Positions 1 to 8,840 of a stretch of 64,000 nt of DNA are shown here, piece by piece. The notes below the pieces were generated by a model, which saw only the letters and a program-made list of their open reading frames with translations, did not search any database and was not told where the DNA came from. The stretch covers positions 248,001-312,000 of the IMG/VR virus record IMGVR_UViG_3300024239_000011. The stretch is one strand, 5' to 3'. The number at the start of each line of letters is the position of its first letter. The stretch's first letter is position 1. Both the position numbers and the translations under genes were made by a program.

Positions 1-1498
1 CTTCGCCTATGCGACGTTCAAGGTCCATCTGGGTGGAGATCGTTTCTCCCTTCAGTTTGCTAACAACTGCCTTGGTGTCGGACTGGATTTGCTTGATTTC
101 GCGATCCCGATCCATTTCAAGTTTGGTAATGTCGTTCCCGGATCGTGCGATTTCATTGATCAATTGGGTATGGTGTTTTTCCATTTCCGTCTTGATCGTG
201 GTAATGCGGGTTTCGATGCGTTCTATTACGTCATGAATATGCGCTTCGTCTTTCAACGCCTGTCCACAAGCTTTACAATTCTTACTGTCCGGGTCGGACA
301 GTTCTGCTTCTGCTTTCGTAAGCTCTTCCTGTAATGCGGCGGTACGAGTTGCTGTGCTGACTTTGGTGGCTTCTAGAGTCGCACCAACACGCCCGATGGC
401 AGTTTCAGTCTGGGTATTGATGCGGGCAATAGCTTCTTCGCATTGGCGTTCAGTGCGCTCAACCTGGGCAGCAACGGTAGTATCCAGTTGGTCAAGATCA
501 CGTTGATAGCGGTCTAGTTCGTTCTGAAGTCGCGTGACTTGCTGTTCATCGACGCCAGAACTCGTTTCAAGTTCCTTGATCTCAGCAAGCAAACGAGTGG
601 CTTCGGTTTCGATCTGACGGATTTCTTGGGTAATAACATCCCGATCCGCTTTCAACGCTTGTATGGCACGGTCATAGATGTCTTGATCATCAAAGGCTTT
701 CACTTCGGCATCGAAGTCGATACCGGAAAGGGCACTGAGGTTGCCTTCGATTTCTGCGATGGTGTTATGCTGGGTGGTATCCCAACGTTGCACCTTCAAC
801 ATCAGGTCATCAATGCTGGTTTGGATTTTATCGTTCGCTGCTTTGATAGCCTCTATTTTATTCTCTTCCGACTCAATCTCGCGCTTAGAGTTGCGCATCA
901 ACTCCATGATCGTTTCAGCTTTTTCAGACAGCAACTTGATACCAAGAATTTGCTCGATGATTTCGCGTTGCTCGGTTGGCTTCATCATCAAAAACGGGGC
1001 AGTGTAAGTGTTCATAGCTACGACGTGCTTGAACATCTCAAAGTCGATACCGACCACCGTATCAATGGCTTCCTGTGTATCCTTACCAGTACCCTGTTGG
1101 TCGCCAACCTCTTTGACGATTTCCTCGGAATTATCGGACGCACGAACAACGCCGTCCACAATCCACCGAAAGATTTTGGGTTTCTGCCCCCGTTCAACCC
1201 GGTACGTGTGACCTTTCTTCTGGAATTCCAAGGTCACTAAACTCTGTTTATTGTTGATGTTGTTTACAAAGTTGCCCACACGCCGAATCGGTGAAATGGC
1301 ATGTCCGTACAGAGCATAAGAAATGCCATTTACGATGGTGGTTTTTCCAACCCCATTTCTCGCAGAATTGTCGCCCTGTGGCTGGTCTAGGTTCTCGCCC
1401 AGGATGAGGGTCAGTCCCTTACGATCTAGAGATACTACCTGCTCGACGTTACCCACCGAGAGAAAGTTTTTCATCGTGATCTTGGTGAATTCCAACAT
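1..1498 (-). CDS. gp46: T4 gp46-like (Rad50/SbcC) recombination ATPase, 3' end beyond window
   Basis: Manual translation from ATG at 1498: MLEFTKITMKNFLSVGNVEQ; Walker A SARNGVGKTTIVN; long coiled coil; CKAC zinc hook near 266-277. Absent from the ORF track because it runs off the window. Confidence 0.93.
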   Translation of the reverse strand, partial: MLEFTKITMKNFLSVGNVEQVVSLDRKGLTLILGENLDQPQGDNSARNGVGKTTIVNGISYALYGHAISPIRRVGNFVNNINNKQSLVTLEFQKKGHTYRVERGQKPKIFRWIVDGVVRASDNSEEIVKEVGDQQGTGKDTQEAIDTVVGIDFEMFKHVVAMNTYTAPFLMMKPTEQREIIEQILGIKLLSEKAETIMELMRNSKREIESEENKIEAIKAANDKIQTSIDDLMLKVQRWDTTQHNTIAEIEGNLSALSGIDFDAEVKAFDDQDIYDRAIQALKADRDVITQEIRQIETEATRLLAEIKELETSSGVDEQQVTRLQNELDRYQRDLDQLDTTVAAQVERTERQCEEAIARINTQTETAIGRVGATLEATKVSTATRTAALQEELTKAEAELSDPDSKNCKACGQALKDEAHIHDVIERIETRITTIKTEMEKHHTQLINEIARSGNDITKLEMDRDREIKQIQSDTKAVVSKLKGETISTQMDLERRIGE

Positions 1499-1514
1499 AG
1501 TTCGCCTTTTGTTC

Positions 1515-2468
1515 TCATACTGGGAATATTAATAGCTCAGTTTTCTCGGTGGCTGCAATTTTCTTCCCGTTGTCGGTTTCCACCTTGGTCTGCTGGATCG
1601 TGTATTTGGCATCAAACGCTTCAATACGCGCCCACGAGTAAAGGTCACGGATTTCTGGGCAGTCGTCATATGACAGCACCCACGGGTGTGGACATACCCG
1701 CAGAAGGTCTGCCATGCGGCGGTGATCGTCCTCGGTGAAGGCATGCTGGTACAGATCACCGCCCTTCATGTAATACGGCGGGTCCAAATAGATGAAAGCT
1801 GGTCGGCTGGTGTCGGTGATCATTGCAGCAAAATCGCTGTTGGTGACCCTCGCATCGACCGAAATAAACTGCTTGTGGATCAGGTCGATTTTCTTGCAGA
1901 TGTTGGATGGACTCCAACGGCAATCAATTGGGTACTTGGTATTGGCATCTTGGTTGCGCCCACCTAATGGACCGCCGGATTTGACGCCGAGACCTGAGTA
2001 GGAGATTTGGTGGATCGCCAGCTTCCGGAACCCACATTCAACTATTTCGCTGATAGTGGTTGGGGTTGGATTGTCCAAGAAGAACTGCTTGTAGTCGTCA
2101 AACGCCTGGATGGACGGCTTAAAGCTATTGACCAGTTCCTTTAGCTCTTCTGGATTGTTGATGACTGCGTTCCATAGTGAGAAAATTCCTACATCCTTGT
2201 CGTTGATCCAGAAGGATCGATAGCCAAATGTCTTCTCTTTTGCGTTCTTTCCCTTGGTTGGTGTATCAAAGGAGAACAACAAATCAAACGGGTCTTGTGA
2301 TACCTGCTTGGTGTGGTCGTTGTCTTCAAGCACCATCAGTCCCACGCTACCGCCGCCGAAGAATGGCTCACGATATTCCATCGCATCGTTGCTGGTAGCA
2401 GCAATGGCGGTTAGAATTTCATCGCGGAACTTGGACTTTCCGCCCGGATACCGAAAGAATGAAGCCAT
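1515..2468 (-). CDS. Dam/D12-class DNA adenine methyltransferase
   Basis: FRYPGGKSK, EPFFGGGS (motif I), YLDPPYY (motif IV), WVLSYDD, terminal ELLI. Confidence 0.92.
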   Translation of the reverse strand: MASFFRYPGGKSKFRDEILTAIAATSNDAMEYREPFFGGGSVGLMVLEDNDHTKQVSQDPFDLLFSFDTPTKGKNAKEKTFGYRSFWINDKDVGIFSLWNAVINNPEELKELVNSFKPSIQAFDDYKQFFLDNPTPTTISEIVECGFRKLAIHQISYSGLGVKSGGPLGGRNQDANTKYPIDCRWSPSNICKKIDLIHKQFISVDARVTNSDFAAMITDTSRPAFIYLDPPYYMKGGDLYQHAFTEDDHRRMADLLRVCPHPWVLSYDDCPEIRDLYSWARIEAFDAKYTIQQTKVETDNGKKIAATEKTELLIFPV

Positions 2469-2477
2469 TTCAACTCC

Positions 2478-3443
2478 TTAACCAAATAAGTCTTTGTTTA
2501 TCGCAGATAGGCTGGCTTCTGGACAATTTTTATCTTTGATGGTTAACGTTTTGGCGAAATGGTCCGGTATGGATATTTCTATTGAGAATTTTAAGTCATC
2601 CTCGACTTTACTACTTGCGTTATGTAATCGGAAATTAACTTTCCAATACTCGGTTGTAATCATATAGATGCGGGCAGCTTCGTCCATTTCGGGTGTTAGA
2701 CCGGAAAATAGGGATGAATTGTCGGGGATATTCGTGTAGAGGTGTTTTATTTTTCCGAAGTTGGTTTTAGGGTATGGAAGTGACCCGTTTACATTGATTG
2801 GGTATACTGTAATGTAATCTGATTTTCTTGGGTCGGTGCGTAGAACTGCTTTATAGTAGTCGTGCGTTCCCAGGATGGTTTGGACAATCCCATTTACTAG
2901 TACGTCGCTGGGGGTACGTTGAAAGATCGAGAAAATTATGTTGGTAAGTTGTTGACACAATTTGAGCGGCTTCACATCCAGCCGGTGCCAAAGCGACCCT
3001 ATGTGAGGGGTTAAAACGCTGAGTGTGTCTTTAATCGCGGTGCGCTCGGCGTCGGTTAACTCACATCCACAAATGGTTGTAGTTCTTTCTGAAATACGGA
3101 GCGATTTCTGTTCATCGCTGTTGTGTTTAAGGGATATTCCGCGTCGAATTGACGGGTTGTGTAAAAGAACATCACTTACGTCACCTCCAACAGCTAGGTG
3201 ATCCGATAGGCAAATAGCATTAAGGTTTGAACAATCGTTCAAACCTTCCGTTGCTAAAATATAATCGAGTAGAGTGTTACCAGCAGCCAACATCAGCCGA
3301 TATTCATAGGACGTGCCATTGTATTGAAGGTCGGCAAGTTCTGCCTTTTTCAAATAGTAGGATTTGTCCAGTCGGAGTGTTGCCCCTCGCATGGCAGCGG
3401 CGTCCATAACACTTGCTTCGAACGCATCACCTTTATTAGTCAT
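2478..3443 (-). CDS. HaeIII-family type II restriction endonuclease-like protein
   Basis: NKGDAFE, GDVSDVL, GISLKHN, LGTHDYYK and FRLHNASSKVEDDLKF resemble HaeIII-family blocks (GDVRD, SIKHNH, FRIHNASTKVE.SLKF). Confidence 0.8.
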   Translation of the reverse strand: MTNKGDAFEASVMDAAAMRGATLRLDKSYYLKKAELADLQYNGTSYEYRLMLAAGNTLLDYILATEGLNDCSNLNAICLSDHLAVGGDVSDVLLHNPSIRRGISLKHNSDEQKSLRISERTTTICGCELTDAERTAIKDTLSVLTPHIGSLWHRLDVKPLKLCQQLTNIIFSIFQRTPSDVLVNGIVQTILGTHDYYKAVLRTDPRKSDYITVYPINVNGSLPYPKTNFGKIKHLYTNIPDNSSLFSGLTPEMDEAARIYMITTEYWKVNFRLHNASSKVEDDLKFSIEISIPDHFAKTLTIKDKNCPEASLSAINKDLFG

Positions 3444-4077
3444 TGTATGGGACGTAGGTATGCGTTTCTACGTTGATAAGCGGACGCAGCATATGAGCAT
3501 ACACATCATAATTCTGGTGTGAGCAATCTTTGACCGGTGAGGGGGTGATCGGTAGATTTTCAATGAAAGTTTTGCTCTGCCACCCGGTCAGAACCACCCG
3601 CGCCCATTTCTCGTCACGAGATTCGGCTTCGCAATAACCGAACACGTAGATATCGCATTTTGGTGGCGTAGCAAACCCGCGGTCAGTAATTGCCTGAATA
3701 CGGTTGATCAAGCTGACGGTGGTTGCCAGCTTTACATCAACCGTCTTACCATTTTCAGTGAAATCGGTGTCATCGTATGCCCGGAAAGTGAGGTCCACCG
3801 GGAGGTTCTTAATTTTGGCATAGGCAAACTCCCCTAGCATTCCCATGCGGGTAACGATAAATGGATCATCGTCAGTGTTCTTGATGCCGCGTCCATAGCT
3901 TCCGGGTTTTGTATTACACCCTCGGTGTTTAGACGCGGCATCACACAATTCCCATTCAACGCCTTCAATTTTGATCACCAATGCCGGGTTTGCACGTGGA
4001 CGTTCCAGTGGTCCCAATTTGATGGTGGTGCTGATTTCAGGGGTGATTTGATTAGGCGTGTAGGAAATTTCATTCAT
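3436..4077 (-). CDS. Putative PD-(D/E)XK nuclease-fold protein
   Basis: GMLGEFAYAK...DTDF...TVDVK...DIYVF pattern; overlaps neighbours in an operon. Confidence 0.5.
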   Translation of the reverse strand: MNEISYTPNQITPEISTTIKLGPLERPRANPALVIKIEGVEWELCDAASKHRGCNTKPGSYGRGIKNTDDDPFIVTRMGMLGEFAYAKIKNLPVDLTFRAYDDTDFTENGKTVDVKLATTVSLINRIQAITDRGFATPPKCDIYVFGYCEAESRDEKWARVVLTGWQSKTFIENLPITPSPVKDCSHQNYDVYAHMLRPLINVETHTYVPYND

Positions 4078-4667
4078 GCAGCAAGCCCTTCGACCACAGT
4101 GTAGTCGCGATGCTCGAACCCGATAATCAGGCTGATTGATTCGTCCCAGATGACGGGGAATTCGCGACCACCAACCCCGTATACCAGAAACAGCTTGTGG
4201 TCAGCGGTTTCTTTATCCCAATACAAGTGGGTGTATTCACCGCGCATGATTTTCTTGTTGAGATCGATCCATTGCGGGTAGGATAAATGCTCAAACCCGC
4301 ACTTTTCATCTGCGTCTTTCTTGGAATCGGACAATGCTTTGCGGGCATATGTCGTCATGAAGATCAGTGTATCGAAGAAATGTTCGAGTAAGTATTCACG
4401 GGGTAGAACACCCGTAATGTGCTTCGATCCGTTGTCGCGGGTGCGGGTAACTGCGACGAAGAAATCGTCTCCGTTATACTGCCAACGGACGGCATACACG
4501 GAGACAGCCGAATCTTGTTCCAATAATTTACAGTTCCATGGATTGCTCAAATCAAGAACCATGCTGCACATCTGACAATAATCCTCATGGGACACTTCCA
4601 GATCATAAAACTCTGCCATCTGACGCTTGAAATTACGGAAGGCATTGCCGGTAGCGGACGGAAACAT
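4074..4667 (-). CDS. Hypothetical protein
   Basis: ORF in operon; start at MFPSATG with GGAG upstream. Confidence 0.6.
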   Translation of the reverse strand: MFPSATGNAFRNFKRQMAEFYDLEVSHEDYCQMCSMVLDLSNPWNCKLLEQDSAVSVYAVRWQYNGDDFFVAVTRTRDNGSKHITGVLPREYLLEHFFDTLIFMTTYARKALSDSKKDADEKCGFEHLSYPQWIDLNKKIMRGEYTHLYWDKETADHKLFLVYGVGGREFPVIWDESISLIIGFEHRDYTVVEGLAA

Positions 4668-4947
4668 GCGACAACTCCGAAACAAGAGGAACGGACAACA
4701 AATATGCCGCTGAAGGCGGCTCAGCGGCAATATATTTGTCCACAAGATGAATGGATGTTTTACTTACAGTCACGCATGATTAAGTAATCCCATGCTTGAT
4801 TTCCAGTTGGTAAATGTCCGCATTCTTCTTGGAACAGCATAGTGGGAAGCAAGACGCTGACCAGAATGAGAATGGTGAGAACGATGGGTGCTACGAGGGT
4901 GATGAACGCAATCGGTTTCATGATCCGTCCTGTGTGGGGGAAATCCC

Positions 4948-5304
4948 CTACCGTATACACTCTGCATACAAAGGGAGCAAATCGTTATATAGAGCCATCA
5001 CATCACCTCCGTTCTTTTGCACATAGAAGCTATGTGGTGGTTGGGTACCTTTCATTTTGTTGCACTCTTGACAAGCGGCAACAATGTTGATCCAGCTATG
5101 GGCGCCACCCTTCGAACGCGGGATTATATGGTCCCGCGTTGGATGATCCATGATCTTTCCGCAGTAGGCGCAACGATGGTTCTGAGCTTCTGACAGCCGG
5201 GAAAGCGACACCCCGATCCCATCTGGGTCGTAGCTGCATTCCCGGCGCAAATCTGACCAGATCAACTGGACGCCCATATCATCGCGCATCAAACGCTTCT
5301 CCAA
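4948..5304 (-). CDS. HNH endonuclease
   Basis: CAYCG...TRDHIIPRSKGG...NIVAACQECNKMKG. Confidence 0.9.
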   Translation of the reverse strand: MEKRLMRDDMGVQLIWSDLRRECSYDPDGIGVSLSRLSEAQNHRCAYCGKIMDHPTRDHIIPRSKGGAHSWINIVAACQECNKMKGTQPPHSFYVQKNGGDVMALYNDLLPLYAECIR

Positions 5305-6302
5305 ATCTCAACCAGAATAGCGTTGTCGATGGTAGCCGAATCGACAGCCAACAAACCTTCTTCAATGATCTGGTCGATAGTTTGAAAATTCACTTCTAGT
5401 GCGGTGTTGCTCATTTCATCCACAAGGTTTTTGGGGCGAAGTTCCATTTCACGGACTTGGAACATCCGTTCCAGTTCGTCGCGGATGGTCGCCATTTCCT
5501 CGTAGGACAAATCAACATCAATGGTAACGCGGGCGTACACGTCTGGGGTCAAATACTTCGACGGGTCTGCGATAATATCTGAAAGATTGGTCGTGATGTA
5601 TTTCGGGCAGTTTTCCCAATCGCGATAGATGGGCTTGCCGCCGTGTTCGATCAGCATGCAACCGCGTTCGAAGTCCCATGCGTCGGCGTAGTTGTGAGGG
5701 AACGCATTACCGATATAGTGAATGTTGCCCGACCGCTGGCGTTTATGGAAGTGTCCGGTGAATACGTACTCCTGATTAGTGAACAGGTTCTTGTTGACCG
5801 TCCCGTGGTCCTGGCATTCGATCATCGCGTTAAGCAGAAAACCGGGGATTTCAAAGTGTCCAAAGACGTATTTTTCTTGCCACTCGGGAATACTCTTCCA
5901 TTCGTCTCCAATCATCCAGGGCTGGAAGCGCGTGTCACCAATGACCAATGGATGCTGAACGACCGTCACTTTTTCAAGCAATTGACCAAACCGCGCGGAT
6001 GTCACGTCACGTTTGTCCTTGAAAAACATATCGTGATTTCCCACGACAAAGTAAACGTTCGTGAAATATTCTGCCAGCCGTGTCAACCCTTCAATACCGT
6101 AATTTAGTGTATTCACGTTGATAGTGCTGCGATTATGGAAGAAGTCACCCAAGAAAATACAAGTTTCAGCACCAAATTCATCGGCTTCCTTTATAAACCA
6201 ATCAATAAAATCCAAACAGTCGTTGTTATGGGTGTCTGAATTACTTCGGCACCCAAAATGTATATCTGTGAAGACTGCTGCTTTCTGGAATGCCATCGTC
6301 AT
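5289..6302 (-). CDS. gp47: T4 gp47-like (Mre11/SbcD) recombination nuclease
   Basis: Metallophosphoesterase motifs DIHFG, GDFFH, GNHD, GHFE, GHFH; typical gp55-gp47-gp46 order. Confidence 0.95.
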   Translation of the reverse strand: MTMAFQKAAVFTDIHFGCRSNSDTHNNDCLDFIDWFIKEADEFGAETCIFLGDFFHNRSTINVNTLNYGIEGLTRLAEYFTNVYFVVGNHDMFFKDKRDVTSARFGQLLEKVTVVQHPLVIGDTRFQPWMIGDEWKSIPEWQEKYVFGHFEIPGFLLNAMIECQDHGTVNKNLFTNQEYVFTGHFHKRQRSGNIHYIGNAFPHNYADAWDFERGCMLIEHGGKPIYRDWENCPKYITTNLSDIIADPSKYLTPDVYARVTIDVDLSYEEMATIRDELERMFQVREMELRPKNLVDEMSNTALEVNFQTIDQIIEEGLLAVDSATIDNAILVEIWRSV

Positions 6303-6344
6303 TGTTCACCTTTTGTTCTTAGTGGATTGTCGGTATTCTCGGTA

Positions 6345-6566
6345 TTATTTCAGTCGCTCGACATACCGACGCACGTAATCGCCCCAATCACCAACTACCG
6401 CATTATCAGAACCGTTGATTTCAACGCCGTAGCTCGCGATACTAACCCTAATCCCTGGTGGAATAGGCATACGCACGCTCTTGATTTCAAGATCGGGGTT
6501 CCTGGCAACAAAAATCAAAATACCGTCGTCAATCTTGACTAGATTGATGGGATAATGGATAACCAT
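6345..6566 (-). CDS. Hypothetical protein
   Basis: ORF with AGGA RBS, co-directional. Confidence 0.6.
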   Translation of the reverse strand: MVIHYPINLVKIDDGILIFVARNPDLEIKSVRMPIPPGIRVSIASYGVEINGSDNAVVGDWGDYVRRYVERLK

Positions 6567-6586
6567 GTTCGTTCCTTTTTCCTGTT

Positions 6587-6796
6587 CTAATCATCTTCTA
6601 GCGCATTTTGACGCAGATCGTCAAAAAATGCTTTTACTTGTGGGTCAGATTTTGGTTCATATCCGGGGAGTGTTGTGACATGGGAACCCGGTAATTTTTG
6701 TGCGCTCATTGGTGATAGCTCAATAAAGTCGTCAACGACGACCGTTGGCATAACCCGCCGTATCTCAGTGATTTTGCGTTGCATTTCGTCGTTCAA
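6587..6796 (-). CDS. Small protein containing a major-capsid (gp23) Gol-region-like fragment
   Basis: IRRVMPTVVVDDFIELSPM resembles gp23 IRRVMPTVIA..LVGVQPM; shares DPQVxxFF tail with the upstream ORF. Confidence 0.7.
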   Translation of the reverse strand: MNDEMQRKITEIRRVMPTVVVDDFIELSPMSAQKLPGSHVTTLPGYEPKSDPQVKAFFDDLRQNALEDD

Positions 6797-7014
6797 TCTT
6801 CGACCTCGGTTTTGTTTTGCTCAAAGAAATCCACCACCTGTGGGTCGGGTTCCTTCATAGGTGAAATTTTGGGTGCGCATATACCGGGCATGTCGGTTAG
6901 AACTTCCGGCATTACTCTGCGTATTACGGGAAGGATAACCTTCGTCATACCTACCGGTCCATCCAACAATGCCTGTTTGGTTTCTAGCCAGTGGGACGTG
7001 GTTGGTTTGATCAA
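6793..7014 (-). CDS. Small protein containing gp23 N-terminal and Gol-region-like fragments
   Basis: WLETKQALLDG and KVILPVIRRVMP match jumbo-phage gp23 N-terminal motifs. Confidence 0.75.
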   Translation of the reverse strand: MIKPTTSHWLETKQALLDGPVGMTKVILPVIRRVMPEVLTDMPGICAPKISPMKEPDPQVVDFFEQNKTEVED

Positions 7015-7259
7015 TTCTCTGGCTCCCGACTGTTCGCGAGAAAGAATCCACGCCCGCTCGTTTTCGCGGATTTCTTCTTCGGTTCGATCTCGGCGGTAAT
7101 CTCATGCGACATCGCTGCAATAATTTCAGCCTCAATATCGGGGTGTGCTTCATGATGGCGAAACTGCTGCCCGAATTGCGGCTCGTCTATGATGAATTTA
7201 ATCAAGGGCGTCCATCGCTTCTTGGCGCTGTTGCTCAAAATAGCTGCGAGTGTCGCCAT
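7011..7259 (-). CDS. Small protein containing a gp23 internal helix-like fragment
   Basis: DIEAEIIAAMSHEITAEI resembles gp23 D(I/V)EAEIMAALAQEITAEID; KRWT resembles the preceding ARWT. Confidence 0.7.
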   Translation of the reverse strand: MATLAAILSNSAKKRWTPLIKFIIDEPQFGQQFRHHEAHPDIEAEIIAAMSHEITAEIEPKKKSAKTSGRGFFLANSREPEN

Positions 7260-7554
7260 GGATTTCTTCCATGCGTTCTTTAATTACCGCGAGGACTTTT
7301 TTAGTATGTGGACTGATTTTTTCGGGCGACCTCGCGAATTTGTCCAGTAAACGCCGGATTTTATGAGGATGGGTACGAACCATTTGATCGTAATAGTCTG
7401 GATCGATCTCATCACCATCTTCATCTTCGAGCGCCAGTTCATCGGCGTCTACGTCCTTATAGCAGTCCTCGTCGGGGACTTCCGTATCATCTTCAATGAT
7501 CGACGGACGGTAAAAATTTGCCGTATGACCCTTACCGTAATATCGTCCAGTCAT
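7198..7554 (-). CDS. Hypothetical acidic protein
   Basis: ORF coupled to the upstream gene by TGATG overlap. Confidence 0.6.
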   Translation of the reverse strand: MTGRYYGKGHTANFYRPSIIEDDTEVPDEDCYKDVDADELALEDEDGDEIDPDYYDQMVRTHPHKIRRLLDKFARSPEKISPHTKKVLAVIKERMEEIHGDTRSYFEQQRQEAMDALD

Positions 7555-7865
7555 CAGTCAAAATCCTTCATTGCATCCGCACGCTGCGCTTCCCAGAAAT
7601 TCGTGATTGCTGTGGTATTACTGCGTTGCGCCGCGAGTAGCTGTTCAAATTCGGTAACCCAATCAAGAAACCCATCAACTTCGTGTGGCTCTACGATTTC
7701 TGCGGCATATTCACGCATGTGACCCATGAACTCTGCGCACAATTCCGCTGGGATCATGGTCAGATCGATAACGAATCGGTTAAAGTCGATATCACCGTAT
7801 TGGTCTTGGTGAACCACGATTTGATAAACGTTTTCATCCCCTTCGGGAATTACATTTATGGTCAT
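7554..7865 (-). CDS. Hypothetical protein
   Basis: ORF overlapping the folD stop (ATGA). Confidence 0.65.
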   Translation of the reverse strand: MTINVIPEGDENVYQIVVHQDQYGDIDFNRFVIDLTMIPAELCAEFMGHMREYAAEIVEPHEVDGFLDWVTEFEQLLAAQRSNTTAITNFWEAQRADAMKDFD

Positions 7866-8752
7866 CGGAAAATTCCACTGTCATGGGTTAAAGTAATACC
7901 GCGTTGCCGGGCACACGCCATTACCGTGTTGTGCATCAAGCATGCGATGGTCATTGGTCCTACGCCGCCCGGAACTGGGGTGATCGCCCCCGCGACCTCT
8001 TTCACGGCATCAAAGTCAACGTCGCCGCAGAGTTTACCATCGGGAAGGCGGTTGATACCCACGTCGATAATCACCGCCCCTGGCTTCACCCAATCTTTCT
8101 TGACCAGTTTCGCCACGCCAGTAGCCACCACCAGAATGTCGGCGGTACTGCATTCGGCTTCGATATCCTTGGTATGCTCATGGCACATTGCGATAGAGCA
8201 ATGCTCGTGTAACAGCAACGTAGCTATTGGTTTGCCCACAATGGTCGAACACCCAACTACGACCGCCTTTTTGCCGGTCAGATCGTGCCCCAGATGCTTC
8301 TTGATCAGCATGAGGCATCCCATGGGGGTACAGGGAATGATCCCGCCGCCATTAGTGACCAACAAACCCACGTTGTCGATGTGGAAACCATCTACATCCT
8401 TTTCTGGGGCGATGGCATTGATGACCGCGTGCTTACTGATGTGGGGCGGGAGGGGAAGTTGAACCAGAATGCCGTGAACCTGATCACTCTGGTTGAGCAT
8501 GTCGATATAGCCGAGTAAACTGTCCTGGGTGGTATGGGTGGACAGATTGAACATCAGTGATTGGACGCCAATTTCCTCGGCGGCTTTCGCCTTGTTGCGT
8601 ACATAGATATGGCTTGCCGGATCATCACCGACCATGATCACCGCAAGGCATGGTACGGTACCATGTCCTTTGAGTTCCGTGATTTGGTGGGAGAGGGTTT
8701 GAAGAAGGCGTTTTGATTCGGCTTTGCCGTCTATAATTTGAGCATCTGGCAT
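7862..8752 (-). CDS. folD: Bifunctional methylenetetrahydrofolate dehydrogenase/cyclohydrolase
   Basis: IIDGK, YVRNK, GILVQLPLP, EKDVDGFH, PCTP, DVGINR, ITPVPGGVGPMT; start chosen at MPDAQ. Confidence 0.97.
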   Translation of the reverse strand: MPDAQIIDGKAESKRLLQTLSHQITELKGHGTVPCLAVIMVGDDPASHIYVRNKAKAAEEIGVQSLMFNLSTHTTQDSLLGYIDMLNQSDQVHGILVQLPLPPHISKHAVINAIAPEKDVDGFHIDNVGLLVTNGGGIIPCTPMGCLMLIKKHLGHDLTGKKAVVVGCSTIVGKPIATLLLHEHCSIAMCHEHTKDIEAECSTADILVVATGVAKLVKKDWVKPGAVIIDVGINRLPDGKLCGDVDFDAVKEVAGAITPVPGGVGPMTIACLMHNTVMACARQRGITLTHDSGIFR

Positions 8753-8840
8753 ACTGTGCGACCTTTCGGTTTGATCCGAAAGAGTACCAAACTGGCAAAA
8801 CATGGAGCAATTTTATTCATCATGTTTTGCCAGTTGGTTT

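Noticed and set aside
539-1240. 233-aa plus-strand ORF and other plus ORFs in 1-1500
   Set aside because: Antisense shadow of gp46 on the minus strand.
6587-7259. Decayed major capsid pseudogene
   Set aside because: Fragments are out of gp23 order, one segment appears twice, and each ORF has its own coupled start and non-capsid tail.
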